Shown here piece by piece: positions 49,641-61,364 of a stretch of DNA of 64,000 nt (its first letter is position 1; each line of letters opens with the position of its first letter). Both the position numbers and the translations under genes were made by a program. This stretch comes from Felis catus. Taxonomy: Eukaryota. A model generated the notes under the pieces. The model was not told the origin of the DNA and searched no databases. It saw only the letters and a list, made by a program, of their open reading frames with translations. The DNA is taken from positions 116,252,001 through 116,316,000 of the forward strand of contig NC_058368.1 in assembly GCF_018350175.1 (NCBI RefSeq). The letters are read 5' to 3'.

Positions 49641-51439
49641 AATATATTTCACAGTTCTTCAATTATTCTCTAGGAATTCTAATATCCATATGAAATCCCT
49701 AGTACACAGAACAGTATTGCTGCTTCCTTTGGACACTATTATGGCTCAATCTTGGTTAAAAATCCTTCCAGCTTAAGGGCAGAGGCACTAGGACAGTTTA
49801 GGGCTTTAACCAAATCCCAGAGGCCATTGACAGGCTTGCCCATTTCTCAGACATTTGCCCTACATAACTCTTGTAAGGGTGAAGCAATCCTCTTCAAATG
49901 GCAAACATTTTTCATCTACTAAATCTATGCTGGAACAGTCCAACCCTGGCTGTTTTTTTCTTTCTTGTCACCAGTGGTGCCAATGCCAGGGTTAAAGAGG
50001 TCCTTCTAGGTGAAAAGTTTCAGGGTAGAGTCTTGACCACAATTTTTCTTATAGCTTCTGTGAGCTTGTACTGGGCTCATGTTTCAGCTAGACTGTCTAT
50101 AGTCCTCTTGGGGCCACAGCAAAGACCATGCCACTTCCTTGGGGAAGAACATCTGGGAGGTGGCACTGTTACCTGCCCTGCAGGTGAACGCCATGCTGCG
50201 TCTCTTGCTTTATAGGCCTGCCTGATGAGCAAGGGGTGTGGTTAACGAAGGTGAGTTCAAACACTCCAAAAGAGTCTCTAAGATCAGCCTTCAGAGTGAC
50301 TCAGTTCTCACTTATAAGCCAAAATTGCTCTCCGAGTAGGAACCCCAGGCTTGCTCTCTTCTCACTTTGGTAAGCAATGCAATGATGTACTTCTGATTCT
50401 GACAGGAAACATCAGAAGGTGATGGATGGAAACGTCCCCTTAGAGATTTTTCCAGGAGGTATTGACTCTAATACACAGTTCTTCAGTTTCTTCTTTATTA
50501 AACAGGTAGTATGAAGCCTAGAGGACTCCTCAAGGGCCCTTCTGATTCAAAAGTACTGACTCACTATGAGGCAGACCACCATGACCTGGAAGATAAGCTG
50601 AGTCTTCATGTGGGGGTTTCTAAATAACTATTATCTTATCAGGAAAGTGCTCAGACAATGAGATTCTAAATTTTCACCAGTCCTGGAAACTTCTAGAGTC
50701 TGTGGCAGAGGTACCTGCCAAGGAGAGCTTCTAGAGAAGGTAGGTGTGGCTGCCCAAGTTGCAGTGTAGAAGAGGACATATGAAACAAGGTGTTTGGAGT
50801 AGTCAGCCTCGGGTTTCCCACATGTGTGGAATTGCAGAGGTAGGGGCTTCACTGCAATGCACTTGGTAAGGTTCTGGGTTTCTTCAAAGGATCTGTGATT
50901 GCAGGTTGTTAGTAGCCTGTTCTTGTCAAATGAGCTTGTACAACTGCGGATCAAGGTATCTGGGATGAAGGCCTACACACTTGCTGATACCTATTCATCA
51001 GTGTGATTCTTGGGCTTCCCTTTTAATTACTCCTGAGGGGTGGAGGAAAACACACAGAATTGCTGCTAGTACTCAGATTTTAAGTATGCATCTTTCTGTG
51101 TAGGCAGTACCCAAAATATATTCACCAAGGATTCACCTGGTGGAAAAGTGACTTAATCTTCATTGCTAACATGATCTTTCTGCAGAGTGATGTTTTTTTA
51201 ATGAAAACCAAAGCTACAACTCAACATCTTTTAAAAATTCGTTCCCAGTTCCTTATTGCCAATAAGTATCCCAATTTGATGAATCTTCTGATTTTACACC
51301 TATAGTGATTTTTTCTTACAACCTTAATTTTTTTCTGATCACCAGAGTAATACATTACTTATACAAAAATTGGAAACATAAATAAATAAAAATAACCCAC
51401 TATTCCACCATCCACAGATAATCTCTGTCTGATATTTGT

Positions 51440-53120
51440 TATTTTTTTTTAATTTTAATTTTTTAAATTTAATCTCTGTACCCAACATGGGGCTCAAACT
51501 CATGACCCTGAGATCAAAAGTCACATACTCTTCCAACTAAGCCAGTCAGGTGCCCCTGATGTTTGTCATTTTGAGGTATGTCATTTTCTATTCACTGTAG
51601 TGTATTGAGAATATATATACATCTTGTCTTATAACCTTATTTTTTATTTAACATAATATGAACTTCATTTTTTTTTTTGAAGTTTATTTATTTTTGAGAG
51701 AGCATGAGTGGGGGAGGGGCATTGAGAGAGGGGTACAGAGGATCTGAATCAGGCTCTGCACTGACAGCAGAAAGCCAGATGCGGGACTCAAACCTAGTAA
51801 CCTGAGATCATGACCTGAGCCAAAGTCTGACACTCAACTGACTGAGCCACCCAGGCACCCCTGTGAACTTCATTTTTTTCTATACAATATTTTTGTTCCT
51901 ATGTCTGATTAAACTTTTTTTTTTTTTAAGATTTTGATTTTTGGGGGCACCTGGGTGGTTCAGTCAGTTAAGCATCTGACTCTTGATCTCAGAGCAGGTC
52001 TTGATCTCAGTGTCGTGAGTTCAAGCCCCACACTGGGCTCCACAATGGGTGAGATGCCTACTTAAAAAAAAAAAAAGATCAGGGGCGCCTGGGTGGTTCA
52101 GTCAGTTAAGCGTCCCACTTCGGCTCAGGTCATGATCTCACAATTTGTGGTTTCGAGCCCCATATTGGGCTCTCTGTTGTCAGTATGGAGCCCGCTTTGG
52201 ATCCTTCGTCCCCTTCTCTGCTCTTCCCCTGCTCGCATGTGTGTGCATTCTCTCTCAAAAATAAATAAGCATTTAAAAAAAAATTTTTTTTTAGATTTAT
52301 TTATTTTGGAGACAGAAACGGAGCACGAGTTGGGGAGGGGCAGAGAGAGAGAGGGAGACACAGAATCAGAAGCAGGCTCCAGGCTCCGAGCTGTCAGCAC
52401 AGAGCCCAACATGGGGCCGAACCCAGCAACCGTGAAGAAGGTTGCCCAACCGACTGAGCCACCCAGGTGCCCCAATAAGCATTTTTTAAAAGATTCAAAA
52501 AAAGATTTTATTTTCAAGTGATCTCTACATCCAACGTGGGGCTTGATCTCACAACCCCAAGATCGAGAGTCATACCATCTATTGACTGGCCACACAAGTG
52601 ACCCAACTCATAAACATAAATTCCTAGACTCATAAACATAAATTCCTAGAAGTCCAAAGGAATAAGCATGTTAAATATGCTCACAAGAGGGGCCCCTGGG
52701 TGGCTCAGTTGGTTAAGCGGCTGACTTCGACTCAGGTCATGATATTGCAGTTCGTGAGTTCAAGACCCATGTCGGGCTCTGTGCCAACAGCTCAGAGCCT
52801 AGAGCCTGCTTCGGATTCTGTGTCTCCCTCTCTCTCTGTACCAACCCCACTCTCTCTCTCTCTCTCTCTCTCTCAAAAATAACCATTTTAAAAAATTGGA
52901 AAAGGGGTGCCTGGGTGGCTCAGTTGGTTAAGCGTCCAACTTCGGCTCAGGTCATGATCTCACGGTTCAGGGGTTTGAGTCCCATGTTGGGCTCTGTGCT
53001 GGCAGCTCAGAGCCTGGAGCCTGCTTCGGATTCTGTGTCTCCCTCTCTCTCTTCCCCTCCCCTGCTCATGCTTTGTCTCTCTCTCTCAAAAATAAATAAA
53101 CATTTAAAAAAATTATAAAA
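51440..53120. mobile_element. Dense cluster of about 8 CanSINEs in both orientations
   Basis: Repeated SINE heads (e.g. 51943, 52082, 52688, 52904) and reverse copies. Confidence 0.9.
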
Positions 53121-53134
53121 AAATTTTAAAAATG

Positions 53135-54095
53135 CTCACAAGAGAGATCTTAAAAGTTCTCAACACAAGAAGAAAAAATTGTAACTATGTGAGGTAATGT
53201 ATGTTAACTAAATTTATTGTGGCAATCATTTTGCAATATATATGTATATCGAATCATTATGTTGTATACCTTAAATTAATACAATGTTATAGATCAATTA
53301 TATCTCGGCAAAACTGGAAAAAATAAAAATAAAAAAATTAAATTTTAGAATAGTGTTAGATTTATAGAAAAGTTGGGAAGACAGTATAGTTGCCACATAG
53401 CCCATCTCCAATCTCCTCTATACTAATATCTTAGTATCTTATATTAGTATGGTACATGTGTTGCAATTAATAAACCAATATTGATATAATATTAGCTAAT
53501 TAATACATAGTTACTAAGATCCATAATTTATTTATTCAAGTTTATTTTGGGTTTATCTCATGTCCTTTTCCTGTTCCAGTATTCCATCCAGGATACTACA
53601 TTACATTTAGTTATCACATCTCCTTAGGCTCCCCTTGACCATGACAGTTTCTCAGACTTTTGCATGTAGTATCAAGGGTATATACTATCAACAGGAGTTA
53701 TCACTGATGATGTTAATCTTGACAACCTGGCTGAGGTAGTGTTTGTCAGGTTCCTCCACTATCAAGTCACTTGTCCCTCTCCCATTTCCATATTTTACTC
53801 TTTGGAAGGATATCACTATGCACAGCCCAAACTTAAGGAGAGGGGAGCTAATGCTTCACCTCCTCAAGGGTAGAGTTTCTACACCAATTTGGATTTCTTC
53901 TGCATGGAAAACTTACCTATTGTCCCATTTATTTATTTATTCATTCAAACATTTATTTACCCATATGGACTCAAGGACATTTATTTTATACTTTGGGCTA
54001 TAATTCAATATTATTTATTTGCTCAAATTATTCCAGCTTTGGCCGTTGGGAATTGTTTCAGTTAGCTCCTATTATCTCTTTGAAATACCCTCATT

Positions 54096-54140
<45 letters not shown>

Positions 54141-55690
54141 TCACGCGTGCGCCCACATGTGCGCATGCATGTTTAGTAATTTCTTACTTTCTGGCACTCT
54201 AAGATGTTCCGGGTTCATCATGTATATTTCCTGTCCAGTCCCAGATTCAGTCCCAGTCCTAGATTTCTCCAAGGAGTCTGGTTCCTCTCATTGGAGAATG
54301 TTATTAAAAGCCAAGATGTGGGTGCAAGGTGTGCATGTTGCTACTGGAATATCATTTCTAGCTCCTCTCTGCTGAGAGACCAAGAAAAAATATGTGTGTA
54401 TACTAACTTGTGTATATGCACATACCTATACATATTCCTACATGTATCCACTTGTAATTATATTAAACTAACTAGAAGTTCTGATGTCTCCAACTCTAAT
54501 CCATTACCACATAGATCATTCTAGCTCCCTCCCCTTGCTTATCTGTAATCACCCACTCCACGGTGAGAAACAGAAACTGCCAGCCATTTACATAATTGTT
54601 CAATTCCAATACACATATATGGTTTTAGAAATGCTTGTTAATGCACATCCCCAAGGGAAAATAACTTAATCAACTATTGTACATTGCTTATGTGCTGTTC
54701 CTTTTGCCTTTAGAGTGACAACTGCTTTACAAACTTACATAGGTCAGTTGCTTTTTCTTTCACTCCCTTCATTGAAGTTGTTTCACACATTTGTAATACA
54801 ATTATATATATTTTTGTCATCATCTGCATTCCATTCTAACATATCCTGACCTACTAAACAAATGAAAACATTTTTTCATACGTTAAAGTTCACTCTTGGG
54901 GTGCATGGCTGACTCAGCTGGTAGAGCATAAGATTCTTGATCTCAGGGTCATGAGTTCAAGCCCCACAATGAGTATGGAGACTATTTAAAATAAAAGTAA
55001 AAAAATTAAAAAGTTCACTCTTTGTACTATGAAGTCTATGAGTTTTGACAAATGCATAGTGTCATGTATCCACTATTATAATTCCGTACAAAATACAGTA
55101 TCATACAGAATGTTACCAATCTGAAAGTCCCTGTTCTTCACCTGTTCAACCCTTCCCCCACTCCAAACCCTGGCAGTCATTGATCTGTTTACCATCTCCA
55201 CAGTTTTGCCTTTTCCAGAATGTCATATAGATTCATTCAGTATGCAGACTTTTTAGACTGGCTTCTTTTGCCTAGCAATATGTATTTAAAATTCATCTAT
55301 GTCTTTGCATAGTTTGATAGTTCATTTGTTTTTATTACTCAACAATCTTCCATTGTATAGTGATAACACAGTTTGTTTATTCATTCACTTATCAAAGGAT
55401 ACCTTGGTTGCTTCCACATCTTGGTGATTGTGAATAAAACTGCTGTAAACATTCACATGCAGAATTTTATGTGGATAGGTTTTCCACTCAGTGGGTAAAT
55501 ACCCAGGATTGCAACTATGGATTACACGGCAAGACTACATTTAGCTTTGTAAGAAACTGCCAAACTTTCTTTGAAAGTGGTTGTACCATTTTCATTCTTA
55601 CTAGCAGTGAGTGAGTTCTTTTAGCTTTGCATCCTCACCAACAATTGGTATTGTCAGTTATTTGGATTTTAGCCATTCTAATAGATGGAA
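53135..55690. mobile_element. Old L1M fragments (short + 3' end at 53135-53335, longer - pieces) with a (GT)n microsatellite at 54098-54134
   Basis: L1 3'UTR-type text such as TTAAAAGTTCTCAACACAAG...CAATTATATCTC and reverse ORF2/3'UTR remnants. Confidence 0.7.
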
Positions 55691-56731
55691 ATAAAAACTT
55701 GAAGAAAGGATCTTTTAAAAAAATTTTGTTTAGTGAACTCTGTCCAGAATACACCTGGAACTCACTGATACCAAGAGTTGCATGCTCTACCAACTGAGCC
55801 AGGTGTCTGTAAAGAAAGGATCTTGATACCTAATGCCATATTTCTCTTCAGAACGTTTGTATCAATTTTTCTGGAGTAACTTTGTTTTTATACTACTGCT
55901 CCCCACATTTATCAGGCACCAAGTCATGCTGATTTTTTTACGATTGCTGATAGTACATTTTACTTAACCTGACAGTCACTACCCTGATCCAGGCCTTCAT
56001 GATCTCACACCTGGACTAAGCACAACAGCAAGACTGCTCATTTCCCAGACTCCAGCATTTCCTTGTTCTGACAAAACCCATGCAATGCAGCCAAAATAAA
56101 ACAAAATTGTAATCGTCCCTTAACTTTTATCTTGATAATTTTGCTTTTCAAGAACAATGGTATGTGGCCTATTGAACCAAATTTAAAGCATTGAGTCCAG
56201 TATTTAAGATTTCTTTAACCGAATTTCTCTTTAATCCCCATTTTGAGTTCTCTGTATGGTGCAAGTTAGTCGTTTTACCATCCTGACATACAATTTGAAG
56301 ACTTTTACTTCTTTGTGATCATTCCCATCATTTCTTTCCATTTGGGATGCTCTACCTCCTTTATTTCCCTGTCATTATCCTAGCTCAAAATGGTCATAAT
56401 CAAGCTTTTTCCTAAATAAACTTACTCCATGTTAATTTCTCTTTTACTTCCTATCTACTCAACACTATAAAATAGTTTGTTATACTGTCTTGAATGTCTT
56501 TCTGTTGTCTATTATTCCATGTGCATTTTATCTACTTAACCATCAGTCAATAAGTATATGTGCATCAGCACAGTTGAAAGGAAGTACATTAAATCTTCTT
56601 TTTCTTTTACGTTTTCTCTAAAGCACTTGGCACAGTGCCCTGCAAATAGCAGGAGTTGAATAAATGTTGGTTGAATGAACAGATGAGAACATTGCACAAT
56701 GTGATATAGTTTATTTAATTTAAACATTTAA

Positions 56732-58545
56732 TTTTTTTTTTAATTAACGTTTTTTATTTATTTTTGGGACAGAGAGAGACAGAGCATGAACGGGGGAGGG
56801 GCAGAGAGAGAGGGAGACACAGAATCGGAAACAGGCTCCAGGCTCCGAGCCATCAGCCCAGAGCCTGACGCGGGGCTCGAACTCACGGACCGCGAGATCA
56901 TGACCTGGCTGAAGTCGGACGCTTAACCGACTGCGCCACCCAGGCGCCCCTAAACATTTAATTTTTTATTACACAAAAAACATGTTAACTATGGAAAAAA
57001 ACTAAAAAAAAAAAAAAAAAAAGCCTGTAAAATGCAAACATTCAAAAAAGAAAAAGAATTATAAATCTTTGTATAATTCCATTACCCAGAGATAATTACT
57101 ATTAACCTTGGTTTTACATGTAAATGACTGTATTTTTTCTATGCGTGCATGGTATTTGATTTGAAATGATGACTACATTTTGTAATGAAATGCTTCTTAA
57201 GTTATGTACCTTTAAAGTATACCTTTAAAGGTCAAGTGGACAAACTATCTAGGTCTAAGAGCACTATACCAGTCAATTGAAGTAGACTTGTATTTCTGAT
57301 TCCTGGCTCAGAGATCTTCCCACCAAAACCTAATTCTTCTCCATAACCTTAATGCATATTCTCCTTGACATGCTGTCCTTTATCCAACAATTCAAGGATT
57401 AAGGAGTTCTAGCAGAGCCCCAAGGAAGAAGGTGGATATTAATTGTTCCATCATCTCTCCTTTGTTGAGAACCTGAATGATTCCACCACAAGAGGTATTT
57501 ATATACTCATTAGTTTTAGAAGTTTGAAAAAAAAAAAAAAATCCCTGGCATGAAAGGTGTATAATCAAATGGAGCAACATCATTTACTGCCTTCATTCTT
57601 GTTGGGCAGGCAGTAAGGACAGAACTTTTAGGAGGTAAGCAGGCCTTTTTGTGTGAATATATATTATATTGTCCCTTTTTAGGAAGGATAGGCTCAGTAA
57701 CAGAATTCTAGGCAACTTTCTGAATAATTTGGTAAATTTTCTTAGGCTGTGTGGTGTGTTAGTCCAGCTGCATGCAGGCATAACTCTTTATTTTTTAAAA
57801 TATGCCTAGTTTTGGGATGCCTCGGTGGCTCAGTCAGTTGAACGTCTGACTTCGGCTCAGGTCATGATCTCACAGTTTGTGGGTTTGGGCCTTGCATCCG
57901 GCTCTGTGCTGACAGCTCAGAGCCTGAAGCCTGCTTCGGATTCTGTGTCTCCCTCTCTCTTTGCCCCTCCCCTGATCACGTTCCGTCTCTCTCTCTCTCT
58001 CAAAAATAAACATTAAAATTAAAAAAAATAGGGGCGCCTGGGTGGCGCAGTCGGTTAAGCGTCCGACTTCAGCCAGGTCATGATCTCGCGGTCCGTGAGT
58101 TCGAGCCCCGCGTCAGGCTCTGGGCTGATGGCTCAGAGCCTGGAGCCTGTTTCCGATTCTGTGTCTCCCTCTCTCTCTGCCCCTCCCCCGTTCATGCTCT
58201 GTCTCTCTCTGTCCTAAAAATAAATAAACGTTGAAAAAAAAATAAAATTAAAAAAAATATATGCCCACTTCCTGGATGTCGCTAGACATCCCTCTTGCAG
58301 GTATATTCAACTATAGCTCAAATAAGTAGTTGCCTTCAGTCCAATTGCAATTTATTTTTATTTTTATTGATTTTATTTTATTTTTGAGAAAGAGAGAGAG
58401 AGAGAGAGAGCAAACAGGGGAGAGAGGCCAGGGGAGAGAGAGAATCCCAAGCAGGGTCCATGCTCTTTGTGGGGGCTCAATCCCACGACCCTGGGATCAT
58501 GGTCTGAGCAGAAATCAAGAGTCAGACTGAGCCCCCCAGGAACCC
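56732..58545. mobile_element. CanSINEs: 56732-56950 (-, young), 57813-58030 (+), 58031-58258 (+, young), 58351-58545 (-)
   Basis: Canonical heads and tails; TSD TAAACATTTAATTTTTT around the first. Unique sequence at 56950-57810 lies between them. Confidence 0.9.
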
Positions 58546-58892
58546 CTCTAGTTGCAATTTTACAACTTTTCAATTAAATTAATTTGTGCCCACCACTTAC
58601 TGAGGCCAGACAGATTAGAAAGTTACACATCTGTATCACTGTTAAGGGGAAAAAAGTAAACAATCTAAATATTCAACATTATCATGTAAACAGAATACTA
58701 TGAAGTAGTAAACAAAAATGACAGAGCTCTTTATAGACTAACGTGAAATATCTCTGGAATAAATCAGGTGAGAAAAGCAAAATATAGAAGCATGTATAGT
58801 AATAAGCTGCCATTTGTGTTTAAAAGGGAAAAAATAAATTGATATATATATGAAATTACTTATATACGTAAACACCTCTGGAAGAATATTTA

Positions 58893-60178
58893 TTGATTGA
58901 TTGATTGATTTTTTATTCCCTTCTGATTTTATTTTTTTATTTTAATATATGAAATTTATTGTCAAATTGGTTTCCATACAACACCCAGTGCTCATCCCAA
59001 AAGATGCCCTCTTCAATACCCATCACCTACCCATCACCCTCCCAATCCCCATCAACCCTCAGTTTGTTCTCAGTTTTTTTTTTTTATTTTTTTATTTAAA
59101 AAAAAATTTTTTTTTAATGTTTATTTATTTTTGAGACAGAGAGAGACACAGCATGAACGGGGGAGGGGCAGAGAGAGAGGGAAACAGAATCGGAAGCAGG
59201 CTCCAGGCTCTGAGCCATCAGCCCAGAGCCTGACGCGGGGCTCGAACTCGTGGACCACGAGATCATGACCTGAGCCGAAGTTGGATGCTTAACCGACTGA
59301 GCCACCCAGGCACCCCTATTCTCAGTTTTTAAGAGTCTCTTATGCTTTGGCTCTCTCCCTCTCTAACCTCTTTTTTTTTTTTTTCCTTCCCCTCCCCCAT
59401 GGGTTTCTGTTAAGTTTCTCAGGATCCACATAAGAGTGAAAACATATGGTACCTGTCTTTCTCTGTATGGCTTATTTCACTTAGCATCACACTCTTCAGT
59501 TCCATCCACATTGCTACAAAGGGCCATATTTCATTATTTCTCATTGCTACATAGTATTCCATTGTGTACATAAACCACAATTTCTTTTTTTTTAATTTTT
59601 TTTTCAACGTTTATTTATTTTTTTTTGGGACAGAGAGAGACAGAGCATGAACGGGGGAGGGTCAGAGAGAGAGGGAGACACAGAGTTGGAAACAGGCTCC
59701 AGGCTCTGAGCCATCAGCCCAGAGCCCGACGCGGGGCTCGAACTCACGGACCGCGAGATCGTGACCTGGCTGAAGTCGGACGCTTAACCGACTGCGCCAC
59801 CCAGGCGCCCCAAACCACAATTTCTTTATCCATTCATCAGTTGATGGACATTTAGGCTCTTTCCACAATTTGGCTATTGTTGAGAGTGCTGCTATAAACA
59901 TTGGGGTGCAAGTGCCCCTGTGCATCAGTACTCCTGTATCCCTTGGGTAAATTCCTAGCAGTGCTACTGCTGGGTCATAGGGTAGGTCTATTTTTAATTT
60001 TTTGAGGAACCTCTACACTGTTTTCCAGAGTGGTTGCACCAGTTTGCATTCCCACCGACAGTACAAGAGGGTTCCCATTTCTCCATATCCTCTCCAGCAT
60101 CTGTAGTCTCCTGATTTGTTCATTTTGGCCGCTCTGACTGGCGTGAGGTGATATCTGAGTGTGGTTTTGATTTGTATT
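58893..60178 (-). mobile_element. 5'-truncated carnivore LINE-1 with two nested CanSINEs (59073-59315, 59580-59811)
   Basis: ORF2 tail [51 protein letters not shown] (58877-58892) / TCTGGAAGCATATTTA (60179-60194). Confidence 0.92.
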
Positions 60179-61154
60179 TCTGGAAGCATATTTAAAAGCT
60201 AATAAAATGGTTTGCTTATGAGAGAGGATCTTGGTGTTTAATGGGCAAAGTAAAATGACTGCTTTCATTGTATTTTTAAAATTCTTTTTGAGATTTGAAC
60301 CATGTGAACATATTAACTATTCAGATTTCTTAATGTAAAATTATATGGTCTCAGAAATTAACAATGTAGTTGGAAAAAACAAGAAAGTGTTTTAAATGAA
60401 ATGTTTCCATTTAAAAAGAGAAAGATACTAAATTTGGTGGCAGTCAGGGATAAATCCACTTAAGGTGCTAATTAGCATGTCTGTAAGAAAGATATAATGG
60501 TTGGATTATTACATCAGTTTATCACATTGATGAAGTTCCTCTGCCTTTGAGAGTACCAAGGGATCAATGTGATATAGTGGGAAGAGCATGGGTTTTGAGA
60601 TCAGGCAGAAATAAATTCAAACCCTAGCCTTTCCATATACTGGTCTTATAAGCTTGGGTAAGTCACTTAACATTTTTGGAGTTTCAACTTCCTTATCTAT
60701 AAAATGGGTGAAATCTTGATAAATTTATTATAAAGGTTAAGTGACATAACATCCAAGTACAACAAATTTGTTGGTTTACTTCTTTCCTTCTATAGATGGG
60801 CTGAACTGAGATGCACTGACATACAGAAATTAAATAAATGTCTTGAGAGAATGCAAGTTGCATGTGAAAGAACTATAGCTAAAGTAGTTTAAGTCCCTGT
60901 ATCTATAATTTCATTTGTCAATCTCATATTTCTTACAAGAAATGACGACTTTTATTACCTCAGATGTTTTAAAAATCCTTGGGATATACAGTTTCTCCTT
61001 TTGCCTTTTCCTCATCTGTCTAAAAGATGGTCAAAAGTTGATAAGGATGTTTTGAAACACACTACAGCTACAATCTAATAAATACTCCCACTGGCTTTTT
61101 GGAGGAAAACATTTTATTCTAATGCTCATTTCTAACAAATATGTATACTTAAAA

Positions 61155-61364
61155 TTTTTAAAAAGCATTTATTCATTTTTGAGAGACAGGGAGGAGTGTG
61201 AGTGGGGGAGGGGCAGAGAGAGAGGGAGACACAGAATCTGAAACAGGCTCCAGGCTCTGAGCTATCAGCACAGAGCCTGACACGGGGCTTGAACTCATGG
61301 CCTGCAAGATCATCACCTGAGCGGAAGTCGGATGCTCAACTGACTGAGGCATCTAGGCGTCCCC
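61155..61364 (-). mobile_element. CanSINE
   Basis: Reverse SINE body and head. Confidence 0.88.

Noticed and set aside
49898..50954. Listed ORFs 49898-50215 (+) and 50631-50954 (-) as functional small proteins
   Set aside because: Best explained as chance open stretches within the decayed sacsin-like block; the similarity switches frames inside them.
52606..52649. 22-bp perfect tandem duplication ACTCATAAACATAAATTCCTAG x2
   Set aside because: Two copies only, no spacer; ordinary local duplication, not a CRISPR-like array.
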